Source: a virus | IMG/VR virus record: IMGVR_UViG_3300028840_004475 | Coordinates: 83,748-147,747 of that record | Strand: one strand, 5' to 3' | Length of the DNA stretch: 64,000 nucleotides | Shown here: positions 20,478 through 29,392 of the stretch, one piece after another | How the letters are laid out: each line of letters opens with the position of its first letter | Numbering within the stretch: position 1 is the stretch's first letter | Position numbers and translations under genes: made by a program | The notes under the pieces: model-generated | What the model was told of the DNA's origin: nothing | Seen by the model: only the letters and a program-made list of their open reading frames with translations | Database searches by the model: none

Positions 20478-20776
20478 CTGTGGCTGCAGTGTTGATCGTT
20501 CTATTCGTGTGGAACGTGAAGCAATGCAACAGAATAGAAGCACTCGAAAACAAGAGCGCCATAGTATGTGCTGACCGTCAGGAAGAAATGCTGACGATGT
20601 CAATTCAGATACACAAATTGACCAACAACCAAGAACGCTTTGTGAACAAAATAGAGTACATGATCGATATGTACTACTCCGTGCAAACGATGCGCGAAGA
20701 AATGCTCAAGCTGCACGGGGCCATCATGGAAGCGCAGTACATGTGTGTTGACCACACCAAGAGGAGTACACCGTGA
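20465..20776 (+). CDS. Membrane-anchored hypothetical protein
   Basis: Hydrophobic N-terminus; next to the endolysin. Confidence 0.5.
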   Translation: MQRIAVAAVLIVLFVWNVKQCNRIEALENKSAIVCADRQEEMLTMSIQIHKLTNNQERFVNKIEYMIDMYYSVQTMREEMLKLHGAIMEAQYMCVDHTKRSTP

Positions 20777-21252
20777 AGCTGTCGAAGAATTTCTCTCTCC
20801 ACGAGATGGAGAAGTCAAGCACCGCGCTCAGACTCGGCATCGTCAACGATGTTCCGAACAAGAAGACCATTGAGAAGCTCAGGTTCCTGTGCATGAACGT
20901 GCTGCAGTTGGTACGTGAGCGTTTCAAGAAGCCGGTCAAGGTCAACAGCGGTTACAGGTGTCACGCCCTGAACAAAGCCATCGGTGGTAGCCGCACAAGC
21001 CAGCACCGAAAAGGCGAGGCCGCCGACATTGAGATCGCTGGCGTCTCCAATCTGAAGGTGGCTCAGTGGATCCGAAACAACCTGGTGTTCGACCAGCTCA
21101 TTCTTGAGTATCACATCGACGGCGTACCAGAGAGCGGGTGGGTACATGTGAGCTACAAGCACGGCAAGAACCGCATGCAAGTGCTCTCCAAGATCAAGGG
21201 CGAGAAGGGGTACCGCAAGGGTCTGTGCATGGTTCAGAACGCCGGAGGGTAA
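20773..21252 (+). CDS. Peptidase M15A endolysin
   Basis: SGYRC..LN..IGG, SQH..G.AADI and WVHVS zinc-binding motifs. Confidence 0.9.
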   Translation: MKLSKNFSLHEMEKSSTALRLGIVNDVPNKKTIEKLRFLCMNVLQLVRERFKKPVKVNSGYRCHALNKAIGGSRTSQHRKGEAADIEIAGVSNLKVAQWIRNNLVFDQLILEYHIDGVPESGWVHVSYKHGKNRMQVLSKIKGEKGYRKGLCMVQNAGG

Positions 21253-21253
21253 A

Positions 21254-21802
21254 ATGAACCCTACTCATATGTTTCTGACAAAAGGGAAGGGAGTCGCCAA
21301 AGAGAAGCTCACCAGCTTTGAGATGGCCCTCAGGAACGCAGGCATTGCACAACTCAACCTTGTGCGTGTCTCTAGCATCTTCCCGCCTCATTGCGAGATC
21401 GTGAAACGCGAGGACGGCCTCAAGTTCTTGCTGCCAGGTGACATCACGTTCGCTGTCATGTCTGACAATGCAACAGACGAGCCGAACCGTCTCGTTGCTG
21501 CATCAATCGGTCTAGCACGCCCTGCAGATGCCGCCATGTGGGGCTACTTGTCTGAGCACCATGCGTACGGGCAAACCGCTAAGAAGGCAGGAGAGTACGC
21601 AGAAGACCTCGCGGCCACAATGCTAGCCACCACCCTGGGCGTCGAGTTTGACTCCGACAAGGACTACGACGAGAGGAAAGAGATCTACAGGATGGACGGC
21701 CGCATCGTTCACAGCCGTGAGATCACACAGAGTGCTGAGGGCAATAAGGACGGTCTTTGGACTACAGTGGTGGCGGCAGCGATTCTGCTCACAAGACGTT
21801 GA
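21254..21802 (+). CDS. pdaD: Pyruvoyl-dependent arginine decarboxylase
   Basis: LTSFE.ALR.AGI...[11 protein letters not shown] self-cleavage motif, [15 protein letters not shown]. Confidence 0.9.
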   Translation: MNPTHMFLTKGKGVAKEKLTSFEMALRNAGIAQLNLVRVSSIFPPHCEIVKREDGLKFLLPGDITFAVMSDNATDEPNRLVAASIGLARPADAAMWGYLSEHHAYGQTAKKAGEYAEDLAATMLATTLGVEFDSDKDYDERKEIYRMDGRIVHSREITQSAEGNKDGLWTTVVAAAILLTRR

Positions 21803-22412
21803 TCGGTTCTTCTGGTAGGTCACTGCTCTTCAGAATCTTCTCCATCACGCAGTTGTAAACTACATCGCTATGATCTTTCGAATGTAGTTTCGCAACCTTC
21901 ACTGCAGCTTCTCTGGCAGCTTTCTTCGAATCCGTGCTCTCAAGGTCGGCGCTGCCGTAATTGAAATGCTGGAATGAAGTGTCGTCCTCCATCCTGTAGA
22001 TGCAGGTCGCGTGGGCGCCCCCACGGTACATCGTGGAGATCAAGTAGACCTCAGCTACTCCCTCCAATTCGCAGACCAGCTTGCCGAACATGAAGCCGTA
22101 GTCATCGCAGTCTCCGAGGAACGGCCCCTTCGGGTAACTGTCATAGTCGAACGTGTTGATCCTGTACTGCATCCACTCAGGGCTGTTGATGTAGTCCCAC
22201 TTGCCCTTGAACGGGTCACGTTTGTAGCGGCACTTGAGGATGACCTTCTCGACTTCGCCTGGAAGCTGGTAGTTCTCGAGCGGCATCTTCTCGGAGTCGT
22301 TCTCATGGACGGCGCGGCTCGCACGAACAGCGTTTCTCCTGAGGTCAAGCAGGAAGAACAGCCTAAACCAGACCTTGATCCAGATTGAGTAGAGTCGTTC
22401 CCAGAGTTTCAT
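21789..22412 (-). CDS. Transglutaminase-like cysteine protease
   Basis: GDCDDY catalytic Cys motif and downstream His (GGAHA). Confidence 0.65.
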   Translation of the reverse strand: MKLWERLYSIWIKVWFRLFFLLDLRRNAVRASRAVHENDSEKMPLENYQLPGEVEKVILKCRYKRDPFKGKWDYINSPEWMQYRINTFDYDSYPKGPFLGDCDDYGFMFGKLVCELEGVAEVYLISTMYRGGAHATCIYRMEDDTSFQHFNYGSADLESTDSKKAAREAAVKVAKLHSKDHSDVVYNCVMEKILKSSDLPEEPINVL

Positions 22413-22776
22413 GGTGCCCTCTAAAAAGGCCGCCGCCGCCCTGGAAGGGGAGACAACCAGAACGACGACGGCCGACCGCAGACAATGATAGTACCCTACG
22501 GCTTTTCTTTGCTCAAGTTCTCAACGGCGCCTGCCAACCGGTTCATGATTCTCTCTCTGATGAGGTAGCTCTTCTCAGGTGCGATGATACTCAGCTCATG
22601 CTCCAGGACGAGCCTGACGTCCCTGTAGAACTGTTTCTTCAGCCAAGCCGGTGGTTCACCGTCGCCTCTCGTAGCGTGGACTGGGTAGGCCTTCCAGAGC
22701 TTCCTGTACCACTTCTGCCACAGATGCTCGATCGTACCTACAGGGAAGCCGATGTGGCCGATGTCTTTCTTGGGTA

Positions 22777-23421
22777 TCAAAGCCGGAACCTGTGCTGGAT
22801 CATGTCGATGATGCCGTCCGGGCTTTGGTGATCCACATTCCACGGGACGCGCATCACTTCCATGCCACGGCTCCAGTGGTGCGTGCCAGACTCGATCTCA
22901 ACCAACAGGTCGAGGTAGCCGCGACGCAGCCTGGTCAGGTACTCTATATCGACACCGACCTCTGCGTCGCGCGCCCTGGTCTTCACGCGCTCGAGAGAGA
23001 CTTCAGGGTCAACGTCTAGGTACACCAGAAGGCTCGGAGGCGTGAGAGAGCACATCATGACGCTGAAGAGGTCATCGTAGGTGTGCCACTCGCGCTCGCT
23101 GATGTTGCCGTACTCGACGTGCAGCCGACAGAAGACCCGGTCGCCTGGGAGGCCTCGGTCCAGGACTGAGCCCTTAAAGCCGCCAACGTGGCTGGCCTCG
23201 AAGGCAGCGATCTTCTGCATGGCGTAGCGGCTCTTGAGCAGCTCGATCTGCATGGGGAACGCCCACCTCTTCGGATCCTTGTAGAAGTCCTTGAGGTAGA
23301 CGTTGGTGTCCACTGGCTCGAACAGCCCGCGCAGCTCGAGTCCCTTGCAGATTGCCGTGGTGAGAGTGGTCTTACCGGCCCCTATGGGGCCCTCGATCCA
23401 GAGGACGGGTCCGAATGGCAT
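22777..23421 (-). CDS. Deoxynucleoside kinase
   Basis: IEGPIGAGKTT P-loop, EPV, FY.DP.RW, DR, RV..R.R.AE. Confidence 0.92.
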   Translation of the reverse strand: MPFGPVLWIEGPIGAGKTTLTTAICKGLELRGLFEPVDTNVYLKDFYKDPKRWAFPMQIELLKSRYAMQKIAAFEASHVGGFKGSVLDRGLPGDRVFCRLHVEYGNISEREWHTYDDLFSVMMCSLTPPSLLVYLDVDPEVSLERVKTRARDAEVGVDIEYLTRLRRGYLDLLVEIESGTHHWSRGMEVMRVPWNVDHQSPDGIIDMIQHRFRL

Positions 23422-23453
23422 GGCACCTTCCCATCTTGCGGTATTGCCTATAT

Positions 23454-23852
23454 CTACGCCGCACGACGGGTGATTTTGCCACTCTTCTTGGTCTTTTTAC
23501 CAGCGCGTTTCTGACGGTACTTTTCGTAGTGCTCGTCGAACTTTTTTATGCCGATCAGCTCTAGGTCAAACTTCTCGGCATAGTCGGCAAGCATCCACGG
23601 GTGCCAGCTGCCGCCCTCGATCTTCCAGAGCCAGGATGGGTGGACACGCTTGGGACCGGTCCAGGCCTCGATGTCGGCGCCCTTCATGATCCACCGCAGC
23701 TGGTCGCGCCCCTTGGAGACGAAGAGAAAGACCTCGCCCTTCTTCAGCTCGCCTGGAAAGTTCTTGCTCCTCCTGAACTCGTCCATGTTGGTGACGGCAT
23801 TCTTACGGAAGTCGACGTCGAACAGGACCATTTTGAGACGAACACGCATCAC
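23454..23852 (-). CDS. IS66 Orf2 (TnpB)-like protein, standalone
   Basis: VDFRK...GEVFLFVSKGRDQLR...KIEGGSW.PW resembles the IS66 Orf2 consensus. Confidence 0.5.
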   Translation of the reverse strand: MMRVRLKMVLFDVDFRKNAVTNMDEFRRSKNFPGELKKGEVFLFVSKGRDQLRWIMKGADIEAWTGPKRVHPSWLWKIEGGSWHPWMLADYAEKFDLELIGIKKFDEHYEKYRQKRAGKKTKKSGKITRRAA

Positions 23853-24442
23853 AACCGCACCTCCGTTGACAGCAAGTACTTGTAGGTAGCTGTGCGGTTC
23901 CTGACGTCGATTGTCACTTCGACGATGTCCTTCTTGTCCAGGATCTTACACAGCGTACTGAGGATTTTACTATCCCCCTTGGTGATCTTGACGTCATCGT
24001 GACGTTTGGACACGGCACGGGCAAACTGCAGATTGGAGTCGTTCAGATCGAATGGCTTACCGCCATCAGCAGAAGCAGCAGGAATCTTGACGTTGGGCTT
24101 CCCCTGTGTCTTCCTGATCTTCCTGATCACGGCAGTCTCCATGCCGGAACCGTATTTCTCCGACATGTGGTCTTTGATCTCCTTGTTGGTCAGTCCGCGT
24201 TCGACCAAGACAGCGGCCTCGGCGCGCTTCTTCTTGGCGATCTCACGCGTGCTTGGGATACCGGCTCCCTTCCTGATGGCACAGATGGACTCTGGTAAGA
24301 TCTTGACGTCATACTTCTTTTTCACGGCCGAAATAATCTCATCGTGGATCCAACCATCATTGATCATCTTGATGACGAACTTTTCGACCGTGGTGTTGAT
24401 GGCGCTCGGAAGGTTCTTCTTCGACTTCTTCTTCTTGGCCAT
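23849..24442 (-). CDS. Basic DNA-binding-like protein with two helical repeats
   Basis: Internal repeat G...EI...KYD/G...IRK. Confidence 0.55.
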   Translation of the reverse strand: MAKKKKSKKNLPSAINTTVEKFVIKMINDGWIHDEIISAVKKKYDVKILPESICAIRKGAGIPSTREIAKKKRAEAAVLVERGLTNKEIKDHMSEKYGSGMETAVIRKIRKTQGKPNVKIPAASADGGKPFDLNDSNLQFARAVSKRHDDVKITKGDSKILSTLCKILDKKDIVEVTIDVRNRTATYKYLLSTEVRL

Positions 24443-24472
24443 GATTCTCCCCTTGGCTGTAGGTACAGCTAC

Positions 24473-24515
24473 ATCCTACATCGATGAATCGCTATTTTTT
24501 CTAGGAAATTACTAG
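24473..24515 (-). promoter_or_regulatory. Phage promoter-like motif (CTAG-N7-CTAG-N22-TAGGAT)
   Basis: One of 11 minus-strand copies with conserved spacing. Confidence 0.7.
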
Positions 24516-24591
24516 AATGCCGCCCCACTCCATCCAGACCCGGTTGGGGGGGAGAACCAAATACTGGAGTGGAGTGGTAGCGGCAATCGTG

Positions 24592-24634
24592 ATGTTACCA
24601 CGGCTGCACCGCTCGACTACTAGAAAATCTCTAC
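24592..24634 (-). promoter_or_regulatory. Phage promoter-like motif (GTAG-N7-CTAG-N22-TAACAT)
   Basis: Repeated motif. Confidence 0.6.
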
Positions 24635-24888
24635 TTGATACTCTGCAGCAGACCCTTGAAATGGTCTACCAGAATGTCGCGCTCGCCCGTCCATTCCGCA
24701 GCTGAGTTGAGGTCAGAGTCTTCGACCCATAGGCAAGGATTGGCACTCTCTAGGTGAGCGACGATATCGTCAGCAGCCTCTTTCACCTCAGTCAGTTTGC
24801 GCCCGCACTTGTCAAGCTTCTGCTTGCCCTCGGAGCACATTCTTCTGAGGCTCGAGACCTCATCGTACAGTTCTTCAGGACCAGTCAT
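24631..24888 (-). CDS. Hypothetical protein
   Basis: Coupled ORF chain. Confidence 0.5.
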   Translation of the reverse strand: MTGPEELYDEVSSLRRMCSEGKQKLDKCGRKLTEVKEAADDIVAHLESANPCLWVEDSDLNSAAEWTGERDILVDHFKGLLQSIK

Positions 24889-25110
24889 ATCGTCAACGCT
24901 ATCCCACAGCTTGTACAGATGTCAGCGGGTACGGCGTTCTTGCGGTACGGGAATGGCACGAAGTCTTCCCAGTCAATGATGGCTTCAATGGTACCGCCTT
25001 CGACACTGGCCTGCATCAGTTCAACCGCACTCCGATCTTCCCAGACCATGGCAGGCTGCCAGCTGTTGCAACCGCACGCCGGACACGGACCCTTGCTCTC
25101 TATGCCGCAG

Positions 25111-25506
25111 TCACACATCGAGAGCTGCCAGACCGGCATCGACAAGTGCTTGACCGAGATCGAAGTAGCTGCCGTCAGGGCCCTCTTCCTTCACCCAGAC
25201 AGTGGCCAGGTAGCGTCCGTACTTGCCGGTCTTGTCCTTGACCGTGTTGATCCAGACTTCCTTGCCTTCGATCAAGTTCTTGGCGAACTCCGTTGCCTTC
25301 TTGCCGAGGGCGTATTCCTCCGAGTCCTTGCGAACACCGTAGGTCTCAGGAGCATTGATGCCATGGATGCGAATGCGCTCATGGACATGAACGTGCAGAC
25401 CACAGTCAATGTCAAAATCCGCCGTATCACCGTCCACTACCCTCGTGCACGTCGCCTTGTACCAGAACAGTTTGTCTTCCACCGGTGCCTCACTGAAGGC
25501 CGACAA
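25111..25506 (-). CDS. Thermonuclease (SNase-like)
   Basis: RVVDGDT, IRIHGINAPE, GKYGRYLA, LV..GLA. Confidence 0.9.
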   Translation of the reverse strand: MSAFSEAPVEDKLFWYKATCTRVVDGDTADFDIDCGLHVHVHERIRIHGINAPETYGVRKDSEEYALGKKATEFAKNLIEGKEVWINTVKDKTGKYGRYLATVWVKEEGPDGSYFDLGQALVDAGLAALDV

Positions 25507-25768
25507 CGATGTCCGCTGCGCGCACGAAGTCAGCCAGAACGCGGTCGGTGCACCAGCTCTTCTCGAGTAGATGGGCCAACCAGTCGCAGAATTCCTTCGG
25601 GTTTTTCAGGTGCTCAATCGGAACTTCGTACCTGCCGGCACCCCGCGCCATGCACGCGATGACGGTGCCCTGAACGCTCCAGACGTTACCCTCGCGCTCC
25701 AACTTCTGGGCTGGCGTCGCGCTGTAATGGGCCCTCATCGCCTCGATGATCTCTTGAGTGTCCGACAT
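25490..25768 (-). CDS. Hypothetical protein
   Basis: DWLAHLLEKSW; SD present. Confidence 0.5.
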   Translation of the reverse strand: MSDTQEIIEAMRAHYSATPAQKLEREGNVWSVQGTVIACMARGAGRYEVPIEHLKNPKEFCDWLAHLLEKSWCTDRVLADFVRAADIVVGLQ

Positions 25769-25927
25769 CTACCTCACCTGTACCTGTTTTTATAACTGTT
25801 TCTATCTCGATGTTCAACGTCTTGACGTTGCACACTTCTTCGTGAGCGTTTGCAACATCTGGTTTTTCGAATTCAGCGCCACAGTTGCTGCAATGCCATA
25901 TAAGAATACCGTACATCTTGACCCCTC

Positions 25928-26287
25928 CTAATTGGAGGAAGCCAGACACTTCGACGCCAGCCTCTTGAGATCTGCATCCGTCAGCTGGGCAAATTGCTCG
26001 AAGGCCCAGATATCCGCTGGAAGCGTTGAGAATGCAAATTCGATCTCATTTTTTCTGAGGTCTATATTCACACACGTGGTACTGCTCTCCAACTGACGGA
26101 GACCCACGTGCAAACTTGGGTTTGTTTGGTAGAGACGTATACACAACTTGCTGACTGCGTCGATCGGGTCCGGGCAGTTCCTCACGTCGTCTAGCACGGC
26201 ACGCACATCCTTCAACACGAGCCTGAAATTGGGCTCTGGAAGGTTGATGTTCATGCCTTCAGTACCAATCTTGAACGTGATATTCAT
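25928..26287 (-). CDS. Hypothetical protein
   Basis: First ORF after a promoter motif. Confidence 0.5.
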   Translation of the reverse strand: MNITFKIGTEGMNINLPEPNFRLVLKDVRAVLDDVRNCPDPIDAVSKLCIRLYQTNPSLHVGLRQLESSTTCVNIDLRKNEIEFAFSTLPADIWAFEQFAQLTDADLKRLASKCLASSN

Positions 26288-26293
26288 TGCCAG

Positions 26294-26336
26294 ACTATAT
26301 CACCTACAGGTGCTAGATTGGCTAGAGATTGGCTAG
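26294..26336 (-). promoter_or_regulatory. Phage promoter-like motif (CTAG-N7-CTAG-N22-TATAGT)
   Basis: Repeated motif. Confidence 0.7.
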
Positions 26337-26587
26337 ATAAAACGAGGCGGCGTCTCGTTCCACTCTATACAGCCGTCAGTATTACACTTTGCCGATACGT
26401 GGCTAGTCCTGCCAACATGCCACCGAATAGTGCCTTGGCAAATCGGACAAGGTAGTGTGCCGCCAGTGCTCCTGGCTTTTGAACCTACCATCCTGATGAT
26501 GGACTTCCTGATCTGAGTCTTGGCCTTGATCTCTTCTTCTGAATAGTACTTGGTCACTTCTAGGCCTAGTCCGTGCCGCCGGAACAA
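26333..26587 (-). CDS. Small zinc-finger protein
   Basis: CPIC...H...C...C. Confidence 0.5.
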   Translation of the reverse strand: MFRRHGLGLEVTKYYSEEEIKAKTQIRKSIIRMVGSKARSTGGTLPCPICQGTIRWHVGRTSHVSAKCNTDGCIEWNETPPRFI

Positions 26588-27084
26588 GGTTCCTCACTGT
26601 AGAAGGGATTGAGCCCGCGGCAGCATGAGATCTTCGCGCCACAGCCAAGACACACGTCAAAAGCTGTGAGTGGTGCAGTGGCACCACAGATGATCTTCTG
26701 TTGCTCTTCGTTCATGTCGACTTGGTTCAGTTGAGTTGTAGTCTGTGAGATGTTGATCTTCTGTTGCTTCAGAGTACTGATGCTGAACTCAGGCGACACC
26801 ACGAAGAACGGATGCTCTCCGATGACTCGTAGCCACCTGCGCCCATTACAGAAATTGCAGGTGTTCTTCGACAGACAGCTCATGATATCGGCAAGAGCGT
26901 CAGCTTGCTCAACCCACCGAGCATACTCGCTGTGCGTAAGCCCGAGGTACTCGTGGAGCGGTCTAGTTTCATCGTCACCACTGTCGTGCCACTCCTCGAC
27001 GTAGTTGTCGATCGCATCCAGCGTGACGGCGCCGTGGGCATAGAGTTCAGCGAAGCTCTTAGGCATCGTAATCCTCCGAGCCAA
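26566..27084 (-). CDS. Hypothetical protein
   Basis: IDNYVEEWH...LHEYLGLT..EY..WV plus Cys motifs. Confidence 0.5.
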   Translation of the reverse strand: MARRITMPKSFAELYAHGAVTLDAIDNYVEEWHDSGDDETRPLHEYLGLTHSEYARWVEQADALADIMSCLSKNTCNFCNGRRWLRVIGEHPFFVVSPEFSISTLKQQKINISQTTTQLNQVDMNEEQQKIICGATAPLTAFDVCLGCGAKISCCRGLNPFYSEEPCSGGTD

Positions 27085-27702
27085 TCAGAAAGCTCATCTG
27101 GACGAAGCACTGAGTACGGAAGTCTTCGTCATCTGACCTCAACGCGAGTCGAACAATGGCCTCTATCTTGTCCGCCATCTTCAACGCGTCGGGCCAGTTT
27201 GGCGGTATCTTGTTCGGCGTCGTCAAGCCATGACCCCTGGCCACATGGCCCTGTCAAGCCGTTCCTTGAGATGGTTACGCTCGCCGGAGAGCGCCTGGTT
27301 CTGTAACCTCAGACGCTTCACTTCGGCAATGAGCTTCGGCATGTTGGTGAGTGCCTGTACGATGTTGTCGGCATCGAAGTCGCGTGTCGGATCAACAACG
27401 CAGACAGGCCCACAGGTGTCAGACTCGACCACAAGCATCTCGCTCTCGCTTGGCCACGGCATGACCCGATACGGACCCTCAGTGGCTCTGGCGATTTTGA
27501 CTTCCATGTCGAGCAACTCTTTGTCGCTGAAGCACATAGCGTCCTCTACTCGCAGTAGTCCATGCAGATCATGAAGGCCTGGTCGCAATAAATATAGTCA
27601 TGGTCTTCCAGGCAATCATGCTCTTCTTCTCTGCACGTCCTCTCGCAATAATCGGTTTGTTGATGCACTGGTACTGTTGCGCAACCGATGAACAACAGCA
27701 CA

Positions 27703-28821
27703 CTAGCGAGACTTAATCTCATTTTTCTCGAGGTCATAACGGGTCGAACACCTTGGACATTTATGGCCACCGCCCCAATGGTCTCGGACCAGCAGCTCGA
27801 TGCAGTAGACACAACGCGACTTGCTCCAGTGGCACTGAGGACAGTCATGCGTGCCGGCTTCGATCCTCTCTACCAGTTTCTTCGGTAGTCTTGCCTTGCA
27901 TTGAGGGCATTCTCGTGCTGGCTTCCACATTTCTTCGTAGGCATTCTGCTCTGCACCGTAAGATAGTGCAAATTCCTTGGATGCTTTGTCAGCAAATACG
28001 TTGAATGCCTTGACAAGAGCCGTGAAGATCGGTTGCAGAGTCTTGTTCATCTGATCGGCCAAGTTGTTCAGAGACTTTGCCAAAGCATTGAGTGCACTCT
28101 GCGCTTCCTGGACGCCCTTGGAGAACTTTTCACTGTCGGCCGCGATGACGACCTCCAACGGCTCTTTGTTCTTTTTGTAGAGTTCGATCCTGACCTTCTT
28201 GGCGTCCTCCGCTGTGGGTACCATTGTTTTGTGTACCCTGCAGGCTGGGCAATCATCGTCACCAGTGCACTCGACGGTGAAGGAATTGGGGCCATTATTT
28301 GATGTGCTCTCATACGTCACGGGAATGAACCCGTGATCCTCTGCCCAGATGGACTCCAACGTGACAGCGATGTTGGCCGGCGTCAGAAGCGGTGTCATCG
28401 TCAATCCATCAAGCTTGTGCTCTACTTCCGTCAGCAAGCTGGCATCAGCCTTCCTCTTCACTTCGTCAATGAAGTTGCCCGCAGCGAGAAATGTCTGGTA
28501 CGCAAGATCAGCTGTGCTGATGCTGCCATTGGTCTCTTCGAGAAGTGGGTGAATTCCACGACCACAAGTATCAGATAGACGGCGCATCAACGTCTCAGCA
28601 CTGTAGTCGACACACTTGAACAGGAAGTCGGTGAAGGCTTTTTCGATGCACTGGGTCTCACCGTCGAGATTCATGTGGACGTCCCACCAAAAGTCTGGAC
28701 GCGGTTTCAGCTCGATGATGAAGATCATGCTGTCTTTGAACCGATGGTTGATCCGTGTCTTCAACGCGATGCGGTCGCCCATGGATGCCTCCTTACTATT
28801 TGATACAGCATGTGCGCCCAA
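27703..28821 (-). CDS. Protein with C-terminal double zinc ribbon (paralogue 1)
   Basis: CPQC..CPQC..CVYC..CPRC; the true start may be slightly downstream. Confidence 0.65.
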   Translation of the reverse strand: MGAHAVSNSKEASMGDRIALKTRINHRFKDSMIFIIELKPRPDFWWDVHMNLDGETQCIEKAFTDFLFKCVDYSAETLMRRLSDTCGRGIHPLLEETNGSISTADLAYQTFLAAGNFIDEVKRKADASLLTEVEHKLDGLTMTPLLTPANIAVTLESIWAEDHGFIPVTYESTSNNGPNSFTVECTGDDDCPACRVHKTMVPTAEDAKKVRIELYKKNKEPLEVVIAADSEKFSKGVQEAQSALNALAKSLNNLADQMNKTLQPIFTALVKAFNVFADKASKEFALSYGAEQNAYEEMWKPARECPQCKARLPKKLVERIEAGTHDCPQCHWSKSRCVYCIELLVRDHWGGGHKCPRCSTRYDLEKNEIKSR

Positions 28822-28842
28822 ATCAGACTAGAAAATGGCTAG
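28800..28842 (-). promoter_or_regulatory. Phage promoter-like motif (CTAG-N7-CTAG-N22-TATCAA)
   Basis: Repeated motif, at a divergence point. Confidence 0.65.
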
Positions 28843-28872
28843 AATGTGGTAGACACGATCAGGAGGTGTTCC

Positions 28873-29295
28873 ATGAGCGACAGCAAACCATCGAAGACCA
28901 GCACGCATGTCCTTGGAAATCCACCGAACTTCGGTGAAGTGAGCGTCTCAGCCTATGCGATCGGGGACGAGAATCTCTCCACCCCCGTCTACATGGCGCC
29001 GTCTCTACCTTATAGGACGACACCCCCGAACACCGATTTCCCCATCCCAGAGGGTCTTGAGTTCCGAGGGCCCAGAGGAGCCCTCACCAGGGAAGGGTTC
29101 GAGGCCATGGTCGACCTGATCACCGAAGAAAAAGTGAAGGTGATGCACAGGGACGCAGAGATCACCCAGTTGAAGAAGCTGATCCAGGAGATCTACAGCC
29201 TGGTCTGCCCTGGATGGGCCGGCGACTTCGGGAACCCGGATCAGCTCAAGGGTGCTATCTCACGCCGTCTGGCGGACCTCACCGAAAAAAAGTGA
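28873..29295 (+). CDS. Hypothetical protein
   Basis: AGGAGG SD before ATG at 28873. Confidence 0.55.
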   Translation: MSDSKPSKTSTHVLGNPPNFGEVSVSAYAIGDENLSTPVYMAPSLPYRTTPPNTDFPIPEGLEFRGPRGALTREGFEAMVDLITEEKVKVMHRDAEITQLKKLIQEIYSLVCPGWAGDFGNPDQLKGAISRRLADLTEKK

Positions 29296-29315
29296 TCCGC
29301 CCCTGATTTTTCTGA

Positions 29316-29379
29316 TTGACAAGTACCCCACAAGTACCCTACTTCTGTACCCTACAAGTACGTTATAAAACATTCAGGT
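29316..29379 (+). promoter_or_regulatory. Ro60 promoter region with two GTAC-N7-GTAC repeats
   Basis: TTGACA at 29316; ACAAGTAC x3; GTAC at 29323, 29334, 29347, 29358. Confidence 0.6.
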
Positions 29380-29392
29380 ACGGAGCAGGATC

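Noticed and set aside
23454-23852. Intact IS66 element
   Set aside because: No transposase gene or terminal inverted repeats.
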